The notes under the pieces were generated by a model. That model worked only from the letters and a program-made list of their open reading frames with translations, ran no database searches and was not told where the DNA came from. A program made the position numbers and the translations under genes. This document shows, one piece after another, positions 51,449-61,803 of a stretch of DNA of 64,000 nt (positions are counted from its first letter, which is position 1; each line of letters opens with the position of its first letter). This stretch comes from a virus (taxonomy: Duplodnaviria > Caudoviricetes). Location: the IMG/VR virus record IMGVR_UViG_3300037418_002568, positions 1-64,000 of that record; one strand, given 5' to 3'.

Positions 51449-54400
51449 AGTTGGTGGGGATGACGCCAAACATCCCCACCACCACACCCGAGAAGGAAGC
51501 CATCATGCCCACCCCCCGCACCACCCCGCTGGTCAAGACCGAGCCCACCGTGCTCGACGACATCCTGCACCTGCCCCACCTGCCCGGGACCGACGAGGCC
51601 ATGCGCAACGACATCCGCCACTACGCCGGCGGGGCCATCGCCAAGCTGGCCGTAGGCACAGCCCAGCGCGACTACTTCGGTCTCAACGCCAAGGCCATCC
51701 GCCGGGCCACGACTCTCGCCCTGACCGAAGCCGCCTACGACAAGATCGCCGATGGCGACACGCAGCGCGGCGACGAGCTGATGTGGGCGGCCAACGTCCT
51801 CGCCGGTGTCGACGGCGAAGACTCCTGACCGACCACCAGCCTGCCCACCACCGACCCCTCCTCCTCCGGTGGTGGGGAGGGCTGGCCGCCGGACCTACCG
51901 AGCAGCCACACCGAACACCCGAAACCCTTGTGCGCCAACACAAGCCAACCGAGAAGGACACCCATCATGACCGAGACCGTCGACCCGATCGAGGACGCCG
52001 TCATCACCGGGGCCTGCGCCACCGCCCACGCCTACCGCTGCTCGCCCGCCGTGTGCGGCTACGAGGCCATCGCGTTCGGGCACTGGTACGTCCGCCACGG
52101 ACGGCCCGAAGGCCGGTCCCTCGACCTGGGGGCGGCCATGTACGACCAGCGCTACCGCGACCTCGCCGCCGGGTTCGGCCGGATGAGCGAAGACACCATC
52201 GGCACCGACCTGCGCCAACGTCTCGCCATCGCCGACGCCCACCCCGGCTACCTGAAAGGGGTGCGTCGGTGAGAACCACCTACACCAGCGACCACGGCAC
52301 ACGCACCGTCGGCCGACGGCGGGTAGTCGACCGCGGCTGGGTCCGCGCCGACATCCTGACGACCAGCGACGGCCGCACCGACCGCCAGGATGTCCACGCC
52401 ACCGGCCGCAACGACCTCAGCAACGCCCACAGCGGCTACCACCCCGAGTGCGGGTGGTGCTGGCTCGGCTACCCCCACACCGAGCAAGCGCACGCCGCCA
52501 GAATCACCCCGCCCGCCTGACCGATTGCCTGCCCACCGCGCCCGGTGCGCGGTGCGCGGGTTGTCCGCCAGGACAACCCATATCCCAACCACCGAAAGAA
52601 GCAACCCATGAGCCAACCGACCGACGACCCGTTCGCGTCCACACTCGACGCCCTGCGCTCGCAGTGGGTCAGCCTGTCAACCGCTGGCGGCCGCTACGTC
52701 AGCGGCGTGGTCGACAACGTTCACGACGGTGTGGTCACCCTGACCAACCGCGGCGGCGACATCATCCACCAGGTGCGTATCAACACCCTCGAAGTCATCG
52801 ACTACTGACCCCCGCACGCCAACAGGCGGGACCAACCGAGAAGGAAACAAACCATCATGACCGAGCCCATCGTCTACGACCGGCCGGCGCCGGACTGGCT
52901 GTATGTCGGCGCCCCCGTGGTCACTATGCGCCGCTGGTCGGGCCGCACCACCGGCGTCGCCCGCACCGAGGTCGCCAAGCTGACCAAGCGAGACATCGTC
53001 CTCGCCGACGGGCAACGCTTCCGCCACGACAGCCAATCGACCCGTTTCGGTGGTGACGAGGTGTACTACATGCGCAGCAACCACAGCTACGAGTACACCT
53101 ACCTGCACGCGCCCGACTCCAAGGCTGTCGCCAACCACAAGGCGGCCCAGGAGGAGGAGAAGCTCAAGAACCGTGTGTTCCAGGCTGCCCGCGACCTGAG
53201 TGGCGGCTGTGTGGACCGGGAGCGTATCGACGCCATGGCCGCCGTCATCGACGAATGGCGCGCCGCCGCCCACCCCGAGAACGCGGATGACGCAGGGGGC
53301 GCGACCCGCGACTACGACAGCCTGTATCGGGCCATTCAGGCCGGGGTGGAGCATGTGATCGACGGGCAGGACGAGTGGAAGAAGCTGACCCGCGCAGAGC
53401 TGGTCGACAAGATGATGACCATGCATCGGGCAGGGCTGAACCCGCGCATCTCCGAACTGGTGGTGCGTCTCGCCTCCACCCCGGAGGAGGTCTAACCGTG
53501 GCACGCAAATACACCGTGGACTGGTCCGACCAGGCCTTCCCCGAAATCCAGGTCCACGAGCCCACCGAGCACGACCCGGGGCAGACGTTGGCCGAGGCGA
53601 AGCGCGAGATCATCGACCACTTCACCTTCGAGATCCAGCACGCCCGCGACCGGATCGCCGCCGCCCGCGCTGTGCGCGCCTCCCAGATCGAGCAGGAGGA
53701 GGGCTGATGGCTCTGCAACGCAAGCCGCGGTGGTGGCCGGGCGTGTGGTGGTACTGGGGACCGTTCACCACCCTGCGCGCCAACCTCCTGCCATGGATGG
53801 GCAGCGACGGCAACGACACATGGTGTCGGCAAACGATCGCCGTGCCGCTGTTCGGTGTCGGCGCCATCGTGATCGGGCTGCGCTGGCACCTGCTGGCCGA
53901 ATGCATGGCCAAGTACGGAGACCTCGAATGAACCTCGCGACGATGATCGGCCGCCGCGCCTTCCGTGGACCCGCCTGCGACCACGCCTCACACGGGTGCC
54001 GGTGCTTCGAGGTCGGCGGGCCGCACAGCCGCAAGCCATTGAAGCGGCGGGCCAAGGTCGCCGAACGGCGGCGCACGGCCCGCAAGATCGCCACCGAAGC
54101 CAGGAACGGAGACAACGAATGAACATCGAACAGTTGCGGGCGATACCCGAACACGTGGCGATTGTCTCGACCGAGGGCAGCCACGCCATATTCCAAAAAC
54201 GCAAGGGCGACAAGTGGATTGCCGCCCACCCCGGGGCGGTGCAGACCACCTCGGAGGGTCTAATGGAGGGCCCGTACCGCGGCCGGTTCCGGGTCATCTA
54301 CCGGCCGCCGATGAACCGGTTCACCGTGGTGGATCAGGTGACGGGCGAACAGATGTTCCCGCTGCGTGACCCGTTCGACTTCGACGCTGCCGTGTCCGCG

Positions 54401-56569
54401 TGTGCCGGGCTCAACAGCGAGCCGGGCGCGGGTGGCCGCTACAACGTCCTGCGCGACGGTGAACGCATCCCGATCGACGACCCGATCTGGAGCAGCTGAC
54501 CGGTTGCATCATCCCCGGCTCGTCCCGGGGGTGGTGTTGCCCGCCAGGGCAGCCCGTGCGCCAACACGGGCCCTCACTACCGAGAAGGAAAACATGCCAT
54601 GACCACTATGGACACCCTCACGCCCGGCCAGAAGGTCGAGCTGCAGTACTGCGCCACCCGTGATGGGTACGTGTCGCTGCTGTCGGAGGCCACCGCCACC
54701 TACTTCGTCAACTACGGCGAGGTCGAACCCGGCCAGGTCCACCAGCGCTACGCGTTCTTCCGTACCTGGATGCCCGAGGGCGGGATGCACGAGTGGAACG
54801 CCACCAAGATCGGCGGCCGCTGGCTGTGGGACATCCGCCACGGGGGCGTGCTCAAGGTGACCGAGCAGGAGGTGGCCGCCCATGACGCGGCGTAAGACCA
54901 CGGCCACCACCAGGACCCGCTACCAGCGCACCAACCGGTGGATCGACCGCCGGCAGGTGTTGTGCGAGTGCTTCGCCCGCGACCCCGAGGGCCGCTGCCG
55001 TGTCTGTGGCCAGCTCATCGACGACACACCTCACCCTCCGGCCGTCCGCGGCGGGTTCGGGTGGATCTACGAATACGCCAACGGCTCGGTGCACCGCACC
55101 TAGCCATCATCGCCACGAAAGAAGAAGGATATGAAGTTCATCGGGGACGCGCTGACCATGCGCGAACAGATCACCACCAAGATGTCGGGCCCACAGTCGG
55201 CCGGGCGCTGGAGCCACAACCGCACCGAGTTCAACGGCGACCTCATGGTCGAGGTTGTGGGCGCCATCTTGACCTGGGCCGGGCCGCGGTGGCGCGGCTC
55301 GTGGGAGGTGTCCGCCCACGGGTCGGTCTCCATCGACATCTCGCTCACCGAGCTGTACCGGCTCAAGGTCACCGTGACCAAGCAGGCGCAGGTGTCGGCC
55401 CTCCAGATCGACGAACCGATGCCCAACCCGCCCGCCTACCTGACCCGCCCGACCCGCAACCGAGCGGTCGGCCGCAACAAGGATGCGACCTGGGGTTGGC
55501 AGGACGGCGAGGTGATCCCGAAGCCGCGGGAGTACACCGCGTTCATCGAGGCGTGGCTGAACCAAGTCAACGCGGCGGTGACCGATGCCGAGGCCACCGC
55601 CTACCACCTCCACACCTCGCGCACCTATCTGGAGGCCGCCGACCACCGTGTCGAAAGGGCGGCCGAGGAGCTGAAGTGGGCGACCCAGAAGCGGCAGTTC
55701 TGGCAGACCATCGTCGATGACCTGACCGAAACCCTCGCCCAGCAGCAGACCGCGGCGGAGGTGTGACCGTGGGACAGTATTGCCAGTACTGCGACCGTCG
55801 GTGCTTCGTGCCCAACCCGCTCAAGCCCGGGTGGCTGCTGGCCACCTGCACCGAGGGGATGGCCCACGACCGGCGCGCCGCCGGCTACGACATCGACACC
55901 GCCCGCGACATCGTCGCGCTGCGCGTCACCGAGGCCATCGAACCCGAGTTGCCGATGACGCGGCCCGACCGAGCGCGGGCGGTGTATCAGTTCTGCCAGC
56001 GCATCCGCGGCCAACGCGAGGAGGTGTACCTGCCCAACGATTCCTACGTGGCGGGCGAGTTCGGCTGGCCCAACACCGCGGCCCGCGCCGCGCTGCTCGA
56101 CCTGGTCGCCTCCGGAGCCCTGGCGACGCGTGGCATCTACCACCGGGTGCTGGAGTGGGACGGCCGCGTCACCCTCGCCACCGCCCCGACCATCCCCGTG
56201 AAGGAGCAGTCGTGAACCGTATCGACTTGGACGAGCTGCGCGAACGGGCGATCGTGGTCGACGAGCACGGGCAGGGGTTCCAGAAGCACGGCCGCAAGGC
56301 GTGGGAGTTCTGGTACGCCGCCAACGGCGAACAGTTCCAGATCGAACACGACTCGAAGTGCTGGACGTCGCTCGGGCTGGCGCGCGACTTCGAGGGGCTG
56401 CGCCTGGTGTGGCAACCCGACGCCACCTGACCGGTTGCCTCATCCCCGGGGTCTGCTCCCCGGGGGTGGGGTTGCCCGCCAGGGGCAGCACACCCGCGCC
56501 AACGGGTGACACCTACACGAGAAGGAACACAGATGACCGAACACAACAACACGGCGGGAGAATCGACCG

Positions 56570-56806
56570 ATGAACCGCGGCACGATCTGGCGTTGGAATC
56601 CCCGCACCGGCACCGGCGTCATCCGGCTCGCCGACGCTTCACCGGAGCTGGCGTGGTTCCACTTCTCCAGCTTCGACGACGCCTCCTTCCCGGAGGTGTC
56701 GGTCGGGTTGCCGGTGGAGGTCGACGTGGACCACACGCCACAGGAGGACTTCGCTTGTCGGGCCTGGCGTATACGGTGGGCGTTGCCGTCCTCGTGGCAG
56801 TGCTGA
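56570..56806 (+). CDS. cold-shock/OB-fold-like protein
   Basis: GTIWRWN...G.GVI...WFHFSS...G..VE...A..I resembles CSD RNP1/RNP2. Confidence 0.6.
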   Translation: MNRGTIWRWNPRTGTGVIRLADASPELAWFHFSSFDDASFPEVSVGLPVEVDVDHTPQEDFACRAWRIRWALPSSWQC

Positions 56807-57201
56807 CCGCGGCGCCGGCGTCGGCGAAGCCGGGCGAGGTCGACTTCACCCCCGCGAACCCGTCCTACCGCTACGAGGGTGAGCACGGCATCTTCACCGG
56901 CGACGCTGTCTACGACCCGGCCAACTACCGGCTGATGTGGTCGTTGCGGCTGTCGGACTCGGTGCGGGCGATCGTGCTCGGCGACATGGCGTGCAGCGCC
57001 ACCGTGGACGGCAAACGCGGCTACAGCGACAACCACCCGGTAGTGCCCAGCAACTACCAGTGGCATTCGATCGTGCCGAACCTGCAGCTCGACACCCCGT
57101 ACCGGTTGGTCGCCAGCTGTGGGTTCACCGCGCAGAACGGATCCACCACCGCGCCCGGCCGCGTGGACTACACGGTGGCGTTCACGCTGCACTCGGCCTG
57201 A
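56755..57201 (+). CDS. secreted protein
   Basis: AGGAGG SD + TTG; signal peptide ...VAVLVAVLTAAPASA; two Cys. Confidence 0.55.
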   Translation: MSGLAYTVGVAVLVAVLTAAPASAKPGEVDFTPANPSYRYEGEHGIFTGDAVYDPANYRLMWSLRLSDSVRAIVLGDMACSATVDGKRGYSDNHPVVPSNYQWHSIVPNLQLDTPYRLVASCGFTAQNGSTTAPGRVDYTVAFTLHSA

Positions 57202-57899
57202 CCGGTTGCCTCACCACCGAGGGGTTCGCCTCGGTGGTGGGGTTGCCCGCCAGGGCGCACCCCCGCCAAGGGGTGTCATCTACACGAGAAGGAAACCGAC
57301 CGATGAAACCACCGGCGAACTGCTACCGGATCATCCGCAAATGCGTGTGCAGGAGAGTGCACACCCACTACTACAGCACCCGCGACATGCGCGACGCGCA
57401 GGCGGCTCGGTGGGCAGACATCGACCAGAACGATGTGATCCTCGAATTCTGGCACCCCGACCACAACCAAGACCGGCTAAACCGGGGCTGGGCGTGCGAC
57501 GGCGTGCAGTCTCCGCAACCGCGCCGGACCGCCATCGTGAACGACACCGAGGGGGCGTGAAGCACATGCAGGAGTGGCAGGCACAGCAGCTCCGCGAGCT
57601 CGAGGACCAGATACGGGAACACCGTATGCGTGCGCTGATCATGCTGTGGCTGGTCGGCTGGATATTCGCCACCGGCATCGGCATCGTCGCGTTGGCCACG
57701 AGTATCGCCGCCCTGATACCCGGCCACGTGCCCGGGATCGGATGGTGGTCGCTCGGGCTGTGGATCGTCGCGGCACTCATCGGGTACGGGGCCTCCTGGT
57801 GCTGGAGGAACGCGTGATCATCGGCTGGGATACCGATGTGTGGTTCGACCGAGACGACCCCAGCGAGTACAGCTGGCCCGACGACGAGGACGAGCGCGA

Positions 57900-58268
57900 G
57901 TGAAGCTGTTCGTCGATGACGAGCGCCCGGCCCCCGCGGGCTGGGCGCTCGTCACGTCGTGCCCCGGGGCGGTGGCGTTGCTGGAAGGGCTGCGCCTGGC
58001 CGGCGCCCGACTCGACGCCATCTCCCTCGACCACGATCTGTCGACCCGCATGGAGGACTACGCCGACCACACGGCGAGACCGATCGTGCTGTGGATGTGC
58101 GAGCGCGGGTGGTGGCCGGAGCAGGTGTACGTGCACACCTCCAACCCGGCCGGGCAAGAATGGCTGACCGGGACGGTGCGCCGGTACGCGCCGGCGGGCA
58201 CCCTGCGCGGGTACGGGCCCAACTACTGGGGCACCTGCGTGGACGAGCCGTCCGAACGGTACCGGTGA
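57900..58268 (+). CDS. cyclic-phosphate-processing receiver domain protein
   Basis: KLFVDDERPAP.GW...ISLDHDL...VHTSNP.G signature. Confidence 0.8.
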   Translation: MKLFVDDERPAPAGWALVTSCPGAVALLEGLRLAGARLDAISLDHDLSTRMEDYADHTARPIVLWMCERGWWPEQVYVHTSNPAGQEWLTGTVRRYAPAGTLRGYGPNYWGTCVDEPSERYR

Positions 58269-58269
58269 C

Positions 58270-58299
58270 GCAGGCCCGGCCTGGCAGGGCCGGGACTGC
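58270..58299 (+). terminator. hairpin ending the plus-strand arm
   Basis: GCAG.CCCGGCC...GGCCGGG.CTGC right after the last plus-strand stop. Confidence 0.5.
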
Positions 58300-58522
58300 T
58301 GTTGCGGTGTGACGCGCCAACGGAACACCACCGGTGAATTCGGCTGCAACCCACTTGAGCGGAATTCGGAGATTATGGACAGGCCCCCGGGTAGCGCCGG
58401 GGGCCTCTTATCCAAGCGCTTGCGGAGCGTTTTGCGGCTTTGGTCCCGGCGGAAACGTTGGTCGCCCTTGCTGGTCCTCTGCCTCACGTAGCTGTCGGTG
58501 TGCGCCGCGAGCGAGTCACACA

Positions 58523-59323
58523 CTACACGGGCACTACGTTGCGGCGCAGAGCGGCCAGCGTCGCGCTGTGCAGCAGTCCGTTGGTGGCGACCGCGCTACC
58601 GCGGTGCGGTCCAGGTGTTCCGTCCAGGGCGGTGAACCGGCCGCCGGCCTCACGCACCAGCACGTCGAGGGCGGCGAGATCCCACAGCGCGGCCTCCGGT
58701 TCGGTGGCGATGTCGAGCGCGCCTTCGGCGAGCAGGCAGTAGCCGAAGAAGTCGCCGTAGCCGCGGGTGCGCCACACCCGATCGGTCAAGTCGATCAGCT
58801 CATCGCGCAAACCGTGTGCGCGCCAGCCGGACAGGTCGCAGATCGCGAGGCTGGCCGCGTCCAGCCGGTCGACGTGGGAGACGGCGATCGGGCGCGGCTG
58901 GCCGCCGGCGAAGCTCGTCCACGCGCCTGAACCTGTTGCGGCCCACCACTGTCGGCTCAACGCGGGCGCGGAGACGACACCGACGACGGGGACACCGTCG
59001 CGCAGCAGCGCGATCAGGCTGGCCCACACGGGAACTCCGCGCACGAAGTTCTTGGTGCCGTCGATCGGGTCGATGACCCACTGGCGGCCGGTGAGTCCGG
59101 CCTCGCCGCCGAACTCCTCGCCCAGCACCGCATCGTGTGGCCGGTGTTCAGCCAGGAGATCGCGCAGCACCCGCTCGACTGCCAGGTCGGCATCGGAGAC
59201 GGGGGTGAGGTCGGGTTTGTCGTTCACCGTCAGGTCGAGGGCCCCGAAGCGTTCGCGGGTGATGCTGTCGGCCGCGTCGGCCAACAGCAAGGCGAGGTCG
59301 AGGTCGCTGGCGTGGTCGCTCAC
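58523..59323 (-). CDS. hisN: histidinol-phosphate phosphatase (IMPase family)
   Basis: [39 protein letters not shown]; closely resembles actinobacterial HisN. Confidence 0.9.
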   Translation of the reverse strand: MSDHASDLDLALLLADAADSITRERFGALDLTVNDKPDLTPVSDADLAVERVLRDLLAEHRPHDAVLGEEFGGEAGLTGRQWVIDPIDGTKNFVRGVPVWASLIALLRDGVPVVGVVSAPALSRQWWAATGSGAWTSFAGGQPRPIAVSHVDRLDAASLAICDLSGWRAHGLRDELIDLTDRVWRTRGYGDFFGYCLLAEGALDIATEPEAALWDLAALDVLVREAGGRFTALDGTPGPHRGSAVATNGLLHSATLAALRRNVVPV

Positions 59324-59363
59324 ACGGTCACCGTAGTCGAGTGGGACGACACCCGAAACGAAC

Positions 59364-59400
59364 GGAGGCCCTGAACCGAAGGGACGGTTCAGGGCCTCCG
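59364..59400 (-). terminator. intrinsic terminator-like hairpin downstream of Ro60
   Basis: CGGAGGCCCTGAACCG...CGGTTCAGGGCCTCCG inverted repeat. Confidence 0.65.
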
Positions 59401-59521
59401 CCCTGCTAGTGCAGGGGAATACTTCTCTCGTTGTGACTCTCGCCCGTGAAGGCGCCGTGTCATCCCCGCCGTCCCTAGTGGACATAAGGGCGGTGGCGCA
59501 CAACAGGTTACAGGATCGGGG

Positions 59522-61183
59522 CTACAGTCCGCGGGCGAAGTCGGAAACCAGCGTCGGCACCGCGGCGTCGAGGCCCGCGATGTCGAGCATCCCGGCGTCG
59601 GTCGGGTCGGCGATGGTGAAGTTCGTGGCGGTCATGGCCAGCACGATGAGCTTCGCGTTCGGGTTGACCCGACCCCGGTACTTCGCCAACGCCTGGTGTG
59701 GATGCTCGGTGCCGTACCACGTTTCGTTGTCGGTGATGACTACGAACGTGTCGATTTCGAGGCCCTGGGTCAGGGCGTACTGCATGGGCAGCGCGCAGTC
59801 GGTGTTGCCGAACGGCAGCCCCGACACCACCCGCACCGCGTCGGAGAGTCGCTGGCGCGGAGAGATGGCCAGCTCGCGCAGCGCGGTGCCGTACCCGGTC
59901 CAACCGCCGCGCTGGCTCGGCGAGCCGGCGGTAAATCCGACGATCTGGTGGCGGGGCTCGGTGTTGGCGATGACCAACGCGAGCGCCGCCGCCGCCTCCC
60001 GGGCGGTGATGTTGAGGCCCGCGCAGTTCGCACTCCCCATCGACCCGGAGACGTCGAGGCCCAGCAGCCACCGCTTGCCGGTCGGCTCGACCGCCGGGTA
60101 GGCGCGGTAGAACGCATCACCCAGGGCGTCCACGATCGTCGCCGCCGGGTTCCAGGTGAGGTTGCGGTTGCGGCCGAGCTCGTAGGAGCGCTGGGCCAGC
60201 AGCAGCCAGAACGGGTGCACGCGGCCCTTACGCAGCCGGTCGGCGTCGCTGAGCTGGGCGGCGACGGTGGCGGTGCGGTCCGACAGCGGCGACAGCAGCC
60301 CGAGGGAGGTCAGGCGCGGCAGCTGACGCACCAGCGCCGTCTGACCCATCCCCGCATCGAGCAACGCCTCCCACACCGCAGGGGTGGCCAGCGACTCTTC
60401 GGGCAGCATCTCCCAGGTGAGCCGGTACTGGCTGATCAGGTTCGGCAGGTCGGCGACCTTGGCAGTGCGCGCACGCTGGTACCCCTCGACCAGCGTGAGC
60501 CCTGTCAGGTCGGCGGTCTGCCCGAAGCGCGGGGAGCGCGGGTTGCGGCCCTCGGCCTCGATGGCGATCCAGTCGTAGAGGCGGCGGTGCTCGTCGCTGG
60601 CGGTGTAGCCGGCGTCGTGGGACAGCATCAGCAGCTGGCGGTGCGAGCGGCGCCCGCGGTGTCGGTACTTGAGCACCTGGTAGGCGAGGTCGTCGATCGG
60701 CTTGTTCGCATACCAGCCGGCGACCGCGCGGCGCACGGCGCGACCCCAGCCGCGGAACTGTTCGAGGTAGTCGATGAACTGGAACAGGTGGGTGCCGGTG
60801 CGCGCGACCAGCGGTAGCGCTTCCAGCGCGGTGCGCCGCCCGTACTCGTCTTCGCTCAACGAGGCGGCGGCGGCCAACGCGAACAGGGCCGGGTTCTGCT
60901 TGGGGGCGCGCCCGGCCACGGAGATTTCCACGATCTCGTTGACCAGGTATTCGGTGCGGGTGCGGGCGAAGTCCATCACCACGGCCGCGTTCTCCTTGGC
61001 CAGGTCCTTGGCGCCGACGTAGTAGGTGCCGCCTTCCACGCCCAGGATCAGGAACCGGCGCAGCCGGGATTCGGGGGTGACTTCGAAGGTGAATCCGCCA
61101 GCGTTGTTGGGCACCTGGCGGGGGTCGGCGGCCTCGGACTGCGGCGTGGTGCGCAGGTTGATCGAGGACAGCACATCGCTCAT
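59522..61183 (-). CDS. rsr: Ro60/TROVE domain RNA-binding protein (Rsr)
   Basis: NNAGGF, RFLILG.EGGTYY, GWGR, KYR.R, vWA MIDAS DVSGSM, TDC, TDNET, IADP.D. Confidence 0.95.
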   Translation of the reverse strand: MSDVLSSINLRTTPQSEAADPRQVPNNAGGFTFEVTPESRLRRFLILGVEGGTYYVGAKDLAKENAAVVMDFARTRTEYLVNEIVEISVAGRAPKQNPALFALAAAASLSEDEYGRRTALEALPLVARTGTHLFQFIDYLEQFRGWGRAVRRAVAGWYANKPIDDLAYQVLKYRHRGRRSHRQLLMLSHDAGYTASDEHRRLYDWIAIEAEGRNPRSPRFGQTADLTGLTLVEGYQRARTAKVADLPNLISQYRLTWEMLPEESLATPAVWEALLDAGMGQTALVRQLPRLTSLGLLSPLSDRTATVAAQLSDADRLRKGRVHPFWLLLAQRSYELGRNRNLTWNPAATIVDALGDAFYRAYPAVEPTGKRWLLGLDVSGSMGSANCAGLNITAREAAAALALVIANTEPRHQIVGFTAGSPSQRGGWTGYGTALRELAISPRQRLSDAVRVVSGLPFGNTDCALPMQYALTQGLEIDTFVVITDNETWYGTEHPHQALAKYRGRVNPNAKLIVLAMTATNFTIADPTDAGMLDIAGLDAAVPTLVSDFARGL

Positions 61184-61268
61184 CGGGTGGTTCTTCCTTC
61201 TCGTAGGCCCCGGGGTCGTTGGCGCGACCGGGCGGGGCGTGGTGGTGTGCAGGGCGAGACGGGCGTGT

Positions 61269-61403
61269 GGGCGCCGACCGGGTTATTTGCCGATGCTCTG
61301 CCATCTGAGCTACACGCGCCCCCGTAGCGCTGTTACGGGGGGCACGAGGCAGGAATCGAACCTGCGACCAGCGGATTAAAAGATAACCGCCCGGCTGAGG
61401 CCC
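61269..61403 (-). ncRNA. YrlA-type Y RNA (permuted tRNA mimic)
   Basis: GGGCC...CGGTTATC; T arm GCAGGTTCGATTCCTGC before D arm TAGCTCAGATGGCAGAGC; closes with AACCCGGTC. Confidence 0.85.
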
Positions 61404-61427
61404 GTCTCGATCTGCAGTTGTGGTGGG

Positions 61428-61496
61428 TAGCGGGCGTGGGGCGCCTACCGGGTTGAGTGGAGTGTCAGCCGATAACCGGCAGGCAAGGCCCGCTAC
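61428..61496 (-). ncRNA. minimal Y-RNA-like stem
   Basis: GGGCC...CCGGTTATC-short loop-AACCCGGT without tRNA module. Confidence 0.6.
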
Positions 61497-61509
61497 CACT
61501 TCTCGACGG

Positions 61510-61645
61510 GAGGATGGGACGTGTGGTGCTGACCGGATGTGCCGCTGCCGAAGTCGCGGCACCGCCAGCGGGGGGTTGCGGGCCCCGCCGACAGGATTCG
61601 AACCTGTATATCCAATAGATAACCGGCCGGACGAGGCCCATCCTC
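61510..61645 (-). ncRNA. Y RNA with T arm and degenerate D arm
   Basis: GGGCC...CCGGTTATC, ACAGGTTCGAATCCTGT, closing ATCCGGTC. Confidence 0.75.
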
Positions 61646-61684
61646 GTGTCGAGCAAATCTGTGGGGGTGGTGGACGGACATGGA

Positions 61685-61803
61685 GATCCGACCGGGTTTA
61701 CGCGCTCTGCCGTTGAGCTACACCGCCAGGGCCGCTGAGCGGTGACGGGGACTTGAACCCCGCAACCTCGTCCTCCTCATGGATAACCGGCCGAAAAAGG
61801 CCC
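61685..61803 (-). ncRNA. YrlA-type Y RNA (permuted tRNA mimic)
   Basis: GGGCC...CCGGTTATC, CGGGGTTCAAGTCCCCG T arm, TAGCTCAACGGCAGAGC D arm, AACCCGGTC. Confidence 0.85.

Larger units (their letters stand above)
47923..57257 (+). repeat. TGACCG-anchored intergenic hairpin repeat (7 clear copies)
   Basis: copies start at 47923, 48217, 50685, 52518, 54497, 56428, 57199; consensus YGACCGnTTGC-hairpin-GTTGnCCGCC. Confidence 0.85.
47290..57817 (+). other. array of ~30 small genes separated by structured repeats
   Basis: ORFs such as 47290-47529, 47623-47925, 48013-48219, 48322-48525, 48859-49110, 49232-49510, 49507-49800, 49814-50038, 50348-50683, 50802-51128, 51131-51388, 51505-51828, 51967-52272, 52608-52808, 52857-53495, 54119-54499, 54599-54895, 55131-55766, 55763-56215, 57303-57560, most with strong SD. 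Confidence 0.75.

Noticed and set aside
47527-57300. CRISPR array or canonical integron attC array
   Set aside because: Repeats are separated by whole genes, vary internally and lack exact RYYYAAC/GTTRRRY boxes; no cas or recognisable intI gene in the window
58300-58520. Possible ncRNA or extra CGCCAA hairpin (58315) between converging arms
   Set aside because: The stem is interrupted, no SD or convincing gene follows, and no recognisable RNA family; nearby hairpins are explicable as terminators
61269-61803. Conventional tRNA genes or an attB/attP tRNA remnant
   Set aside because: The T arm precedes the D arm and there is no standard anticodon arm; this fits Y RNAs next to Ro60
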